A stretch of 64,000 nt of DNA from Azolla caroliniana (Eukaryota; Plantae; Polypodiophyta): positions 14,942,001 to 15,006,000 of the forward strand of contig JBHGNT010000004.1 of assembly GCA_043228905.1 (NCBI GenBank), given 5' to 3'. The translations under genes were made by a program, and so were the position numbers. The notes beneath the pieces are model-generated. The model searched no databases. It was not told the DNA's origin and worked only from the letters and a program-made list of their open reading frames with translations. Positions 23,890 to 38,024 of the stretch are shown piece after piece. How positions within the stretch are numbered: position 1 is the first letter of the stretch; the number at the start of each line of letters is the position of its first letter.

Positions 23890-26292
23890 CCGACAATCAC
23901 AAAGAATCTCGTGTTAGTTGGACAGATTGTCAATCAAGGGATGCAAGTTCAGTTCACACACCTCAGGTGCTTCATCGAAGAAGAGGGCAAAGTCATCGCA
24001 CAAGGGCTCCGAGATGGGAGGATGTTTATCCTCGAAACGAATGATGTTGGCAGTGTTATGTTTGCAAAAGGACAAAAGGTTGAGTGGGACATCGACCTGT
24101 GGCACAAGCGGATCGGCCATATCAACTTCCGGAAGCTTCACGAGCTGCAGTCAAAACACGTGGTTTCTGGACTACCAAATTTCAGTGGCCGGAGAGGCCA
24201 AATCTGTGAAGCGTGCTAGCTCGGGAAGTAGCATAGGCTTCCATTCCCCAATGAGATGAATCGGAGCCGGAATCGGCTTGATCTTATCCATTGGGATGTG
24301 TGGGGACCAACACAAAACATGAGCATCGACGGGAGTCGGTATTTCATCTCCTTTATTGACGATTTCACGTGGCACACTTGGATCTACCTAATCGAGAAGA
24401 AAAGTAAAGTCTTCTTGTACTTCCGGGATTTGACGAACCTTGTCGAACGCGAGACCAGAAGAAAGATCAAGTGTCTGAGATCGGATGGCGGAAAAGAGTA
24501 CTTTTTTGGCCAGTTCACGAGCTATCTGCAGATGAAGGGAATCTGACGGGAATTCTCTTGGAGATACACGCCGGAGTAGAATGGCGTGGCCAACCGTCAA
24601 AACAAGACGTTGGTAGAAGCACCCAAGGCAATGCTCGAGGAGAAGCATATGCCAAAATTTTAATGGGCCGAAGCAATCTGGACGACTGTCTACATCTAGA
24701 ATTAGATATTTGCCTCAGGGACAAAGGTGTTGCCGCATGAACTGTATTTCGAGCAGAAGCCAAATTTGACACACCTTTAGGTGTTTGGTAGCATTGCATA
24801 TGTGCATGTACCGAAGGTAAAAACGGAGGAAGTTAGATGCAAAAGCCGAAAAGTGCATTCTCATCGGTTACTCGAATGAACAGAAGGGTTATAAGTGTTA
24901 TAAACCCCAATCAAAAGCGATCTAAGTCAGCCGAGATGTCATTTTTATTAATTGGCATCTTGGTACTTCTCTCCACCCAAGCCCAAGCCGATTGTTGTAG
25001 ATGATCCGGTGGAGTCTGGAACAGAGAGAAGTATCATGGAATCCGAACAATTGGATAGTTCGAGCTCTCTCCACATGAGTGGACCGAATTCGGATTGGTT
25101 GAGGCAGAATGGTCAACCGGATGATGAGCCGGCGAGTAGTGAAGCCTTGGTCGTGCTCTCCCCGTGCAAGGAACTGAGGAGACAGTTCACAAGCAAAGAA
25201 AAGGGGAAGAAAAAGATGTCGGAGTACGACACTGGTCGAGCCTAGTCAGATGAGAGCAAATCCAACTCTGACAAGATCGAAAGGAAACCTCTGAGGAAGA
25301 GGTTGAAGTTGGCTGAGAATGCTGGGAAATTGGCGAATCAGGAATTGCGCCGATCCATCCGCTAGAAGAACCCCGTGAAGAGGTAAGGTATAATGAGCAT
25401 ATGGCGTATCATTATACGTACATGACGAAGGTGGCGACAGTGCATGAGCCAGAGAGCTACGCAAATTGGCATGCCGCTATGGAGGAAAAGATGCATGCAC
25501 TCACGAAAAATGAGACGTGGGATTAAGTGGACATACCGAAAGGAGTGAAGCTTATGGATTGTCGATGGGTATACAAGGTTAAATACAACACTGACCACTC
25601 CGTCAACAGGTACAAGGCCCGATTAGTGGCCAAAGACTACGCGCAACAGCATGGCATCGACTACGATGAGATGTTTGCGCCGATCGCGAGGATGATGACC
25701 GTCTGTGTCCTGTTTGCGGTGGCAGCGGCAAAGGGGTGACATCTACATCAGATGGATGTGAAAAACACGTTCCTACAAGGTGATCTTGAGGAACATGTGT
25801 TTATGGTTCAGCCCCCCGGATTTCAGTCCGTAGTGAACACCGGCTATATGCCGATTGAAGAAGTCCCTCTATGAACTCAAGCAAGCCCTGCACGCCTGGA
25901 ACATGAAGATTACACAGAGACTGCATCGGATGGGGTTTGCTTCGTCAAAATTGGACTCTTCTCTCTTCATCTGCAAGGTCGGAACGGGCCGGTGTGCATA
26001 TTGCTCTATGTGGATTATCTTGTCATCACTGGCGCCGACCTGGATGAAATCGGCTGCGTCAAATCACAGCTCGTGGCATTATTCGAAATGAAGGATCTTG
26101 ATGACCTTCATTACTTCCTCGGGGTCGAAGTGATTTGCAACCCCAAAGGGATACTGATGAGCCAACGACATTATGTGCGGAGTATGCTCTTCAAATTCAG
26201 CATGACAGAATGCAAATCCATCTCGACTCCTCTGGACTGGAATTTGAAGCTTCACCCTGACTCTGGAATGACATGCAACCCAAAAAGGTTCC

Positions 26293-29200
26293 TATAAAAG
26301 AATACGTGTGCGGAAGCGTGTGCGTAAACATAGAGTACACAATTCAGAAATAAGATAGTTCGGTAAACGCAGAAAACACAAAGATGGAGAGACAAAGAGA
26401 GAGTAGACAACTCAATTATATTTCAAAAATAATGGCACTCTGTACATTCTTCGTGCTCAGTGAGCACCTTTTATACAAGCCCTGACTATCGGGCTGACAC
26501 AAGTACTAACAATACTTGACTGCTCATAAATGAGCCTGTTACACTAACTCCAAAAATTATTCCTTACGAGGAATACCATACTAACGGCCTTCTGGTTTAT
26601 GCACCGATACGGCCACGTTATGCGTACTGTTTTACGCACCTAGCCTACGCATTGGGTTACGCACCGTATTACGCACCCAATGTTGAGCTTGTAACTCAAC
26701 ACTCCCCCTCAAGCTCAACTTGAGGTTCCATCTGCTCTTCTGGATCTACACTCCGGTTCCTTCTGGCTTCACCTTCGCTCGCGCTCCTCGACCCCTTCGA
26801 TTTTGCGCGCTTCAACCCTTCCGGTTGAGTTGTCTGCTCGTTCAGCTTTTCTTAGCTCCCTTGTTGTTGTGGTGTTGGCACGTCCTTCACTGCCCTTTGC
26901 TCCGCATGGCCTTCAGTTGATTCGGCGTATCCGAATCGAACACTTCCGATTCAATTCCACTTGCATCTGAATTGGCTATCTCCAATTCATCTTCAGTAAT
27001 TAGGCCTTTGACAATGTCAGACCAGGTCTTGGTCTTGGCCTTACCTCCCCCTAATTCGGCTGTCCTTGGCTCTTCCCTGCGATTACCACGCTTGCTCTCT
27101 TCTTCAGCTTCTTCAGCCTGTTCGAAATTGAATTCTTCATCCGATTCCTCATCACGGTTACTTCCGTCATGATGAACACCTCCGCTCCTTTCATGATCTT
27201 GTTCCTATTCTTCCTTTCTCCTCCTCAAGTTCAGTGTGTCGAGGTGACGCAACCCTAGGTCACCTTAGAAATGTTGTAACTTGTCGAGACCAAGAGGCTT
27301 GGTGAAGATGTCGGCAACGTGTCGATCCGTCAGAACATACGCTAGTTCGACATCACTTGAAAGGACCCGCTCGTGGAAAAAATGGTAATGCACCTCAATG
27401 TGCTTGGTCCATGCGTGGAGCACATGGTTTTTCGCAATGTGGGTATTGTTGAGGTTGTCACAATAGATTGTCGTCGGATTAGACACCTCTACATGCAAAT
27501 CTTGTAATAGCCATTTCAGCCAAATGACTTTGCACTTAGTGACAGTCGCCCCTCGATATTCGGCCTCCATGCTCGACAGTGCCACTGTCAGCTGCTTTTT
27601 GCTGCTCCACGCAATCGCCGCACTTCCTAATGAGAAGGCATATCCGGATGTGGATCTACGATCACTGGCATTTCCGGTCCAATCGGCATCTGTGTAGTCG
27701 ACTAACTGTTCAGCTATGCCTGTTCAATATAGGAACGCCATGTCTTTCATGCCGCTGACATATCGCAATATCCTTTGCGTGCACTGAAAGTGTTCGGCCG
27801 TAGGCCGCGACATGAATTGACTAATCAGTCCGACTGGGTAACCAAGGTCCGGCCAAGTAATAATCAAATAAATGAAGCTTCCAACAATCTATCGGAACCG
27901 TGTTGGGCCGCATGCCTTTCCCGAATCTCGGCGAAGCTTTACGTTTCTATCAGAGGGGTCGAGATGGGCTTACAGTCTGCCATCCCGAACTTGAAGAGCG
28001 TATTCAGCGTGTAATGACGCTAACTGATCAATATGCCTTCGAGGTTGCGGATCACTTCGATCCCGAGGAAGTAATGAAGGTCACCAAGATCCTTCATTTC
28101 GAATGATGCCGCAAGCTAAGACTTTATGCGGTGGATTTTGTCCAGGTTGGCAACGGCGATGACTAAATCATCAACATAAAGTAGAAGACTTATTGGTCCA
28201 TATTGACCTTGCCGAACAAATAGTGAAGAGTCTGATTTCGACGTCGTAAACCCCATCCTACGCAACTGTTGCGTAATCTTCGCGTTCCTGGCTTGTGGGG
28301 CTTGCTTGAGTCCGTAGAGTGACTTCTTCAGTCGGCAAATTGACAAGGTGTTTTGTTCAGATAGAAATCCGGGGGGTTGTACCATGTACACCTGTTCCTC
28401 AAGATCACCTTGCAGGAACGCGTTCTTTACATCCATCTGATGTAAGTGCCACCCCTTTGTCGTAGCTACGGCTAGTAGAACACGCACGGTAGTCATCTTC
28501 GCGATAGGCACGAAGGTCTCGTCGTAGTCCATGCCATGCTTTTGCGCGTAGCCTTTCGCCACTAAGCGGGCCTTGTATTGATTGACTGAGTCGTCGGTAT
28601 TGTATTTCACTTTATACACCCACCTACATCCGATCGACTTTACACCCTTCGGTGTGTCAACTAGGTCCCAAGTCTCATTATCAGTTAGAGTGTGCATCTC
28701 TTCCTCCATCGTGGTATGCCAGTTCGCGTCTTTTGCTGCTTCTGCGTAGCTCTCCGGCTCACGCACTTCCGCCACTCGCGTCATGTACGCGTAATGGTGC
28801 GCCATGTACTCATTATACCCGTATCTCTTTACGAGGTTCTTGAGGCGGGTAGATCGGCGTAATTCGTGATTACCCGATTTCACGACCTTTTTGGCTACTG
28901 TCGACCTCTTCCATGGAGGTTCCTTATCAGTTTGCCCGTAGTCAGACTCGCTCCAATCTGACTCAACACTGCCAAAGTTGTATTCCGGCATTTTCTTCAT
29001 GCTCTTCTATTTACGCGTAAACCATCTCCTCGGTTCTTTACACGGGGACATCACAGCCGAGTCTCCACTACTCGTTGTCTCTTCAATAGGTTGGTCATTT
29101 CGGCTCAACCCTTCATTCGGCCCACTTAGCCGAAATGAGATCGGATTCTCTCTCAGAGCTCCGATTTCCTCATCATGCAGAGACATCTCAGCCTCGCTGA

Positions 29201-32026
29201 CTTCTTCCTCAGAATTCAGAATGGAGTCGTGAGGTATTGGAGGTGAAGGTAGGTACCATGAAGCGGATTCGTCGAACACGAGATCTCGACTTATGCGTAC
29301 TCCCTTTGTTCGGGGGTTATAACATTTATACCCCTTCTGCTCGTCTGGATAGCCGACTAAGATGCACTTTTCGGCTTTGGCGTCCAGCTTCCTCCTCTTT
29401 TCCTTTGGCACATGCACATATCCAATGCTACCGAAAATCCTCAAGTATGTCAAGTTCGGCTTCTTCCCGAAATACAGCTCATGTGGCGAGACTCCTCCAT
29501 TAGTAGAAGTCTGATTCTACAAGTAGACAGTTGTCCTCACGGCTTCAGCCCAATAGAATTTCAGCATATGCTTCTCTTTAAGCATTGCCCTGGCCGCTTC
29601 TTCGATTGTCTGATTCTTCCGCTCGGCCACGCCGTTCTACTGTGGCGTGTATCTACACGAGAATTCGCGTCAAATTCCCTCCTTCTGTAGATAACTTGTG
29701 AACTGGTCGAAGAAGTACTCCTTCCCACCATTGGACCATAGGCATTTGATCTTACGCCCTATTTCACTTTCCACAAGGCTCTTCACCTTCAGGAAACATG
29801 TGAAGACTTCGCTCTTCTTCGTGATCATGCATACCCATGTGTGCCGAGTGAAGTCGTCGATGAAGGTTACAAAGTAACGGCTTCCATTGAGACTCACGTT
29901 CTGTGCCGGTCCCCACACATCCGAATGGATCAAATCCAGCGGACTTCGACTACGATTACGCTCATTGGGGAATGGAAGTCGGTGTTGTTTTCCCATCTGA
30001 TAGGCTTCGCAGACTTGGCCATTACGGCCCCGAAATTTCGGTAAGCCGAAAACAATGTTCTTCGTCTGCATCTCACGAAGCCGTGGGAAATTTACATGGC
30101 TGAACCGCTTGTGCCACAGGTCGATATCCGATTCGACCTTTTGTCCTTTTGCGTACAACGCGATGCTGACTTGATTAGTGTCGAGGATAAACATCCTCCC
30201 TTCACGGTGCCCTTGCGCGATTACTTTGCCTTCCTCTTCTATGAAGCAGCCGAGATGCGTGAATCAAACCTGCATTCCGTAGTCAACGATCTGACCGACT
30301 GACACCAGGTTCTTCGTTATTGTCGGGACGTGCAACACGTTCATGAGTTTCCCTTTATTCCCGACCTGGCTATGGGGAACTTCGCCGACATGTTCGATAG
30401 TATGCGGAGTGTCGTCTCCCGTTTCGACCACTCTTGCGATTCTAGTTTCTCCAAGTACGTGAACCATTTCTTGTGACTTGTCATCTGATTTGACGCTCCA
30501 GAATCAACATACCACACCTCGCTCGATTTCGAGGTGTTCATGGGCATAGAATTGGCCTTATGCTTCATTACGAAGGCTGGGTCCGATTTGTTTACGGCTC
30601 GTTCAGAGCCTTTTGCATAGTGCGATCTCTGGCGCCTCTCTGTGTCTCTTCGGCTTGATCCAGCTTTGTCTAAATCAGCTCGCTTTTTCTAGCACTCGCT
30701 CTCCTTGTGGCCTTTCTTGCCACAATACCAGCATTTCGACGCGGCCTTCTCTTGCCGGCTTCCAACGCCGCCATGACTCCCCCTGCTTGTGGAGGGTCCA
30801 GAACTGTTATCGGCATTTCGATTATGCCGCTTGTTCTACACTTGTCGGCCGCCTCCATTGCGCACCGATCCGCCTCATCCACCATGACGATGGGGCCTAT
30901 CTTCCTCCATGTACAACATCTTGTCGTTGGCGTGCGTACTTGTCGACGCATCCGTGTGATTTTCCTCCACAAGCAACATTGACTGAAGCTCGAAGAACGA
31001 AGGCGTATTCTCCCTCGTACAGACCGCTATTCGGAAGGCTCCGAACCTGGACGCTAGCCCACCAAGGAAAACTTGCACCATTTCATCTTCCTCAACGTTC
31101 ACGTTGACGGAGGCGAGAGAATTGCAGATTTCCTTGATTTGGGATGTGTAATCAGCCACAAACAGATCTTTTTGCCGGACATTGTTGAGCTCCTGCCTGA
31201 GCTGCAGCTTCTTGGCTATTGTGCTTGCGGCGAAAATCTTTTTGAGATTCGCCCACGCGTCCTTTGGTGTCTTAGCATCCCGAATATAGCTCAATAGTTG
31301 GTCGCTCACACAGGATGCAAAGCAGTAGAGAACTCTGCTTGCCGCCTGTTCCCAAGCCGGAAAATCTCTGTGTGTCAAATCGGGTGCTACGTCATTAGCT
31401 CCTTCGACATAACTCTAGTAGCCGTGACCGAGCAAGTACTGGTGCATCTTGTACGACCAAGATGCATAGTTGCTCCTCTCGAGCTTTTCAGTTGGTAGCG
31501 AGCTTCCCATACCTCTGTCCATATTACTGTCTTTTTCTTTCCGGAAAAAAAACAAAGAACAACTTCAACTCTGTTTTGTCGCAAGCTTTTCTTGTCGGCT
31601 GCAGAGGACTTCAACCCTCACGCTCTGATACCATGTAAAAGAATACGTGTGCAGAAGCGTGTCCGTAAACACAGAGTACACAGTTCGGTAAACGCAGAAA
31701 ACACAGAGATGAAGAGACAGAGAGAGAGCAGACAACTCAATTATATTTCAAAAATAATGACGCTTTGTACATTCTTCGTGCTCAGTGAGCACCTTTTATA
31801 CAAGCCCTGACTATCGGGCTGACACAAGTACTGACAATACTTGACTGCTCATAAATGAGCCTGCTACACTAACTCCCAAAATTATTCCTTACGAGGAATA
31901 TCATACTAACGGCCTTTTGGTTTACGCACCGATACAGCCACGTTATGGGTACTGTTTTACGCACCCAGTCTACACACTAGGTTACACACCGTATTATGCA
32001 CCCAATGTTGAGCTTGTCACTAAACA
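26293..32026 (-). mobile_element. Ty1/copia element G, TSD GTTCC
   Basis: LTRs 26293-26701 and 31634-32026; GTTCC at 26288-26292 and 32027-32031; PBS 31622-31633; PPT 26702-26712. Confidence 0.92.
26713..31510 (-). pseudogene. Copia G gag-pol (degenerate) with a C-terminal extension after RNase H
   Basis: MGSSLPTEKL start, WYVDSGASN, HSDVWGP, QMDVKNAFLQG, YVDDL, TKHIEVHYHF, ADIFTKPL. Confidence 0.88.
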
Positions 32027-33672
32027 GTTCCGACAGATAGTTGGAAGCCTCATATATCTGAGCATCACCCGGTCATATCTCAGCTATCTGGTCGGATTGA
32101 TTAGTCAATTCATGGCGCATTCGACTGTGGAGCACCTTAAGTGCGCGCACCGAATACTCAGGTATGTTAGCGGCACTAAGGACAGGGGGTTGTTGCATTG
32201 GACCGGTGTAGCCGAACAACTTGTTGGCTACACGGATGTGGATTGGGCCAGAAATGCCGGTGACCGCACGTCTAAATCTTGTTATGCCTTCTCACTTGGA
32301 AGCACGGTGGTCGCCTAGAGAAGTAAAAAGCAACCGACAGTAGCATTGTTGAGCACCGAGGACGAGTACTAAGGAGCGGCTATCGCAACGTGCGAAGCCA
32401 TATGGCTGAAAAGGCTAGTCAAGGATCTGTGTGGAGGTACTCGATCCGACAATGATCTATTGCGATAACCTCACCAGCATCCAATTGGCTAAGAACCCTA
32501 TCTTTCACTCCTAGACAAAGCACATCGAGGTGCACTACCATTTTGTCCGCAAGCGCGTTCTTTCCGGTGAAGTGGAACTGCAGCATGTTCCGATGGATCA
32601 GCATGTAGCTGATATCTTCACCAAACCCCTTGGCTTAGACAAGTTGCAGCAATTTTCTGGTGCATTGGTCTACAATACCTCGATATGCCAAACTTGAGGG
32701 GGGAGGAATGAGAAATACGACCGAAAAGCCGTGTTAGAAATTGGCCCGATTAAAGAAGTCGGAGTGCACGGGTAAACCGAGAAAACCGAGACCAGAAGTA
32801 GGGGGAGCCACCAGAACGGAGAGCCCAAGCTGGAGCCAACCGAAAAAGGGGGAGGCAAAGCTGAAAAGATCGAGACACGAACGTGGGATGATGTCGTGAA
32901 TGGTCTGGGAATTGAAGACGAATTGGGGACAACCGATTCAGTTGAGAGTAGAAATGAATTGGATGCACTCGATTCAATCGAAATGATCGATTTGGAGGAT
33001 CTGAATCTATGATGGGCCAAGCGGACAGAAAGGCAGCCGACGACGATGCCGAGATGGAGAAACCAACGGGTCGAGGGACGCCAGCACCACGAAAGCAAGG
33101 GAGTTGATAATGGCCATGGGAACATACAAGCCGAAAGAGAAGGTCAAGATGCATGGAACCAGATGCATCGTGGGAAGCAGAACCGGACCAGACGTGGAGC
33201 GTGAGCCAGGCGGGAGGACGTTAGAGGGAGCCCAAGGAGAGGACCGACTACGACAAACACTGACACTACAATTCGACCTCAAGTTGAACTTGAGGGGGAG
33301 TCTTGAGCGGACAAGCTCAACCGGATTTGGATCGGCTGAACAAGCCAGAGCCGGATCAGAGTCTAGATGGTATCTGGAACTAGGAGCCGGATCTGCGAGT
33401 TGGATCAAATTGTAACCGGTAGGCCCTTAGGGACCTACGAATCTATCCTAGTACGTAGGCATATTTTTAGTGAGTCGCTCGTATGAGCATTGAAGTACTT
33501 GTTAGTACTTCTGTAACTCCTTTTAAGGATTTGTATAAAAGTGCTCACAGAGCACATTGTATGTAAAGAGAGTTTTTAGTGTTTTGGGATACACACATTT
33601 TCTGTGTTCTACTCTAACTCTGTCTCAGTCGTGTAAGGTTTCCAATAAACCTATGTCTGTATTCTTTTGCTA

Positions 33673-33735
33673 TCCGGATGAGCTGGTTTGTAAATCGCCC
33701 ATTTAGTGTATAAGTATAAATACACTTAGGGCAAA
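33673..33735 (+). repeat. Remnant of an A/E/K-family LTR core
   Basis: TTTGTAAATCGCCC...GTATAAATACACTTAGGGCAAA matches the TATA region of the K and A LTRs. Confidence 0.5.
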
Positions 33736-34316
33736 ACCTAGTTGTACACAATGTGTAGAGCAAGCATAGAATTGGGAACCGTGTACACAGACATAACAAG
33801 AACATTTACAAACCAAATCAACAAGAATATACCTCTTCTCAAATAGTTGAAGCTTCTCAATGAATATGTGGTAGAGTCACAAGTTATTTTCCAACAACTT
33901 GTTGTAGATCATCCAACAAAACCTACAATAGGAGGAGACCTAGATGTTGTGATGTTGGGTCACAACAAGGACATTGAGCAAATATGGTATGAACACAACA
34001 AGCAGAGGGGACATAGTGAGCAAAGAATGTCGTATACATCGTAGAGGGGTCACAATAATAACAAAGAGCAGAGAATGCATGTTCGTTGCAGATGGGTCAA
34101 AACAACAACAAAGAGTAGAGAACTCTTGTTCGCTCTGGATGATGTGACACAACAAGCACCAATGAGTAGAGATGGTGGGGACAGAGTGAGCAGAGAGTGC
34201 CTTGACGTTGCAGAAGCTTCAAATCGAACACAGAATGTGGTTTCCTGGAGGTGCAGACGGTCGGAAGCATCGCCACAACTTGAACACCTGTGAATGTAGG
34301 AGAAGAAAAGAGAGAT

Positions 34317-34359
<43 letters not shown>

Positions 34360-34770
34360 CTGAGAGATCTAAGAGAGAGAGAGAGAAAGAAAGAAAGAGA
34401 GTAACTTGAACATCCACTTACGTGAGGTAGGAGAAGGAGAGAAAGAGAGAGAGACTCACTCACTCACTCACCTTCAACAATTAAAGACTCTGTATAAGGT
34501 TACCTCGACTTATGCACCTTCAACCTCAACTGGAATTTATTACACAAGGGACACTTGGATAGAGACGTAACAATGGAAGGATGTGTGGGTTTATTATTCT
34601 TTTAAAATTTGAACCCATTGAATATGACTTTTCCTTTTTTAATATGTGATGATAAACTTTTTAGTCACTTTTATTGGATTTATTTTAAATTATAGTGTTT
34701 ATTCTCTTCATCGAAATAGTACTAAAATTTTGGCCAAAAGTTGGTACATCATAGCTTGCTTTCACCCTTA

Positions 34771-37700
34771 AGCTAAGCGGAAGATTAAGTGATATGTGTG
34801 TGTATGTGTGTGAGAGGAAGAGAGAGAGGAAGTTAACACTATGAACAACGAGACAAGATGGGGGATGATTAATTATATTAAAACCATCATCAAATACAAA
34901 AATACCCACAATGAGGTATATATAGATCTCATGTGTAAGGGTGCCCATGTGTGAGGAGAATATAGGTACAATGGTGTAAGCCCTATATTAAATGTACTTG
35001 AGAGTGGAGGATCTAGAATATCTCACTTAAGTACAATGTCCTAATTAAGGCGTTATAGTCAACACTTCTAACTAGATTCTATCTAAGTAACTACGAAGTT
35101 AACGTGGTTGACTAACTAACTAACTCTAGTTGAGTTTGATCTCTCAACGCGCCCCCTTAAGCTCAAGTGTGAGGCGTCTGACATCCGGTTTTGCTTTCGG
35201 CTTTGTCCGACTTCTATGTGGCTTTCAGCGTCAGTATTTTCGTGGCAGTTTCGGTTCCTCCGCCTCAAGCTTGTGACGAAGGCTTGGGTCGACTGCTTTC
35301 ACCCATCATGGGTCATGAGCCACTTTTGTAAAGCTCTCGGGCTCTTGTTCGGACGCTACCTTCATTGCGATGGCATAATGATGGGCCATGTACTCATTGT
35401 AGCCGAGCCGAGTGACGAGGTTCTTCTCTCCAGATGAGTGTCGAAGATTTTCGCTCGCCGATGTGAGCGCCTTCTTTACTCCGGGTGTTCGCATGATGGG
35501 TACACCAAACTCACTATCTAGTGAGGGCGCCGACACATCCGAATCACTGTCGTCGGGGTGATCAACTTTGTATTTGGGCATCTTTCCTTTGCCTTTGTCC
35601 AAGGTCGTACTTGGCCGCAACGTGCTTGGAATGCTTGAAGGCTCTGGTGGGCTTGGATTGTCCTGTAGTAGAGGACTTGTCCAATTATCATCCTCCGAGT
35701 TGACATTCAACTCTTCCTCGGTCGGGTCGGGTGGAGCCGAATCGGGCTCATACCATGATGTTGATTCGTTGAAGACTACGTCTCGACTCACCCAAACTGC
35801 ATGGGTCGAGCGGTTATAGCACTTGTATGCCTTCTTCTCGGATGAGTATCCTACAACGATACATTTCTCCGACTTCGCGTCGGGCTTCTGTCGGCTTTCG
35901 TTTGGGATGCGTACATTCGCAATGCTTCCGAACAATTTGAGGTGCGACAAGATCGGCTTCCTTCCAACAAGGAGCTCGTATGGAGTTAGCTCATGCACTC
36001 CATTGGTGGTGCATCGATTCATGAGATAGACGGCCATGGATGCCGCTTCGGCCCAATAGAAGTTCTGCATGTGCTTCTCATGCATCATGGCGCGTGCTAC
36101 CTCAAGTATTTGCCAATTCTTCCTTTCGGCGCCTCCATTTTGTTGGGGTGTGTGTCGGCATGAGAATTCTCTCCAAATGCCTTCACTTTGGAGGTAGGAG
36201 GTGAATTCGTTGGAGAAGTACTCCTTGCCTCCATCCGATCGTAGGCATTGAATGTGCCGACCGGTTTCTTTTTCCACTTGGCACTTGAGCTTTTGGAAGT
36301 GGGAGAGCACTTCGCTCTTCTTCTTCATCGGGAAGATCCATGTATAGCGCGAGTAGTCGTCGATGAAAGTGACATAGTATCGGCATCCGCCGATCTTCGG
36401 CGTTTGAGCCAGTCCCCATACATCCGAGTGTATGATGTCGAGGAGGCCTTTGCTCGTGGAGCTCTCCTTCGGGAATGGGAGTCGATGTTGTTTGCCGAGT
36501 TGACATGCTTCGCATACTTGGTCGACTCGAAGGTCAGAAGTCCGATGATGACTCCCTTTGTTTGCATAGCTCGGAGCCGTTGGAGGTTGATGTGGCTTAT
36601 TCGTTTGTGCCACAACTCGATGTTCGTCTCGGTTTTGAGACCTTTGGCCTACATGGCTGATTTCACCTCATTCGAATCGAGGATGAAAATGTGATCGTCT
36701 CTCCATCCCTTGGCTATGAGTCAACCATCTTTTTCTATGAAGCATCCTTCGTTGTTGAAACGAAATTGCATGCCTTGCTCCACGATTTTGCCGACCAAGA
36801 CCAAATTCTTCGTTATTGTGGGCACGTCCTTCCAATGTCTTAGTTTTGGTTTGGACATGGTTCTCTTCAACCATTAGCATTGATTAAATGTCGAAGAACG
36901 AAGGAGGGTTTTCCCTCGCCAAGATTGTCGTCCTCAACGAGTTGAATCGTTGTGTGAGGCCGCCCAAGCATACTTGAACCATGTCGTCTTCGTCGATGTT
37001 TATTTTGATGGAGCCAAGCGAGTCACAAATGCTCTTGATCTTGGCGGTGTAGTCCGACACAGACATGTCTTTTTGCCGAATGTTGTTCAACTCTTGTCGG
37101 AGTTGAAGCTTTCGGGCGGTCGTGTTGGCATCGAACATTTTCTTTAAGTTCTCCCACGCCTCTTTGGGCATCTTGGCGTCTCGAATGTGGCTAAGCATGT
37201 GGTCGTGGACACATGTTGCCAAGCAATACATGACTCGACTCGCCACTTGCTCCCATGTTGAGTAGTCGGCGTTCTTTGGGCCGGGTCGATTTTCTTGAGC
37301 ACCATTGATGTAGCTCCAACACCCTTGGTCAACAAAGTATTGGTTCATCTTGTACTCCCAAGAGGAATAATTGCTCCGGTCTAGCTTTTCACTAGGGAGT
37401 GAACTACCCATTTGTGTGTTCATGTTGATTGTAGTGTCTTCCGTTTTTGCTTTCCTTCCTTCAATCACGTACACGTGCTACTTAGCGGCACTACAGTAGG
37501 GGATAGCCAGATTTTGTCGTCGACGTCTCGAACACACAATCACGGAGTCAGGTGGGCTTAGTGGATTTTCTAAACCACACGCTCTGATACCATGTTAAGA
37601 ATTAGGCAATTAACTACGGGTTAATTAGTACCTAATTATGTGATTTAGCTAAGAAAAAGATTAAGGGATATGTGTGTGTATGTGTGTGAGAGGAAGAGAG

Positions 37701-38024
37701 AGAGGAAGTTAACACTATGAACAACGAGACAAGATGGGGGATGATTAATTATATTAAAACCATCATCAAATGCAAAAATACCCACAATGAGGTATATATA
37801 GATCTCATGTGCAAGGGTGCACATGTGTGAGGAGAATATAGGTACAATGGTGTAAGTCCTATATTAAATGTACTTGGGAGTGGAGGATCTAGAATATCTC
37901 ACTTAAGTACAAGGTCCTACTTAAGGAGTTATAGTCAACACTTCTAACTAGATTCTATCTAAGTAACTACGAAGTTACATGGTTGACTAACTAACTAACT
38001 CTAGTTGAGCTTGATCTCTCAATA
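34771..38024 (-). mobile_element. Non-autonomous copia element H (gag plus integrase only)
   Basis: LTRs 37593-38024 and truncated ~34771-35149; PBS 37581-37592; gag 36884-37410; integrase ORF 35306-36613; no PR, RT or RNase H motifs seen. Confidence 0.85.

Larger units (their letters stand above)
18297..33672 (+). mobile_element. Old, degenerate Ty1/copia element D (protease to 3' LTR); host of E and G and probably C
   Basis: Segments 18297-18507 (ELWYVDIKASNH), 23890-26292 (IN, RT) and 32027-33300 (RT end, RNase H) rejoin across TSDs. PPT at 33291-33300; 3' LTR ~33301-33672 resembles the G LTR. Many stops. Confidence 0.82.

Noticed and set aside
33760-34480. Short ORFs and loose repeats before a (GA)n tract
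   Set aside because: No recognisable protein motif, termini or TSD; probably decayed repeat.
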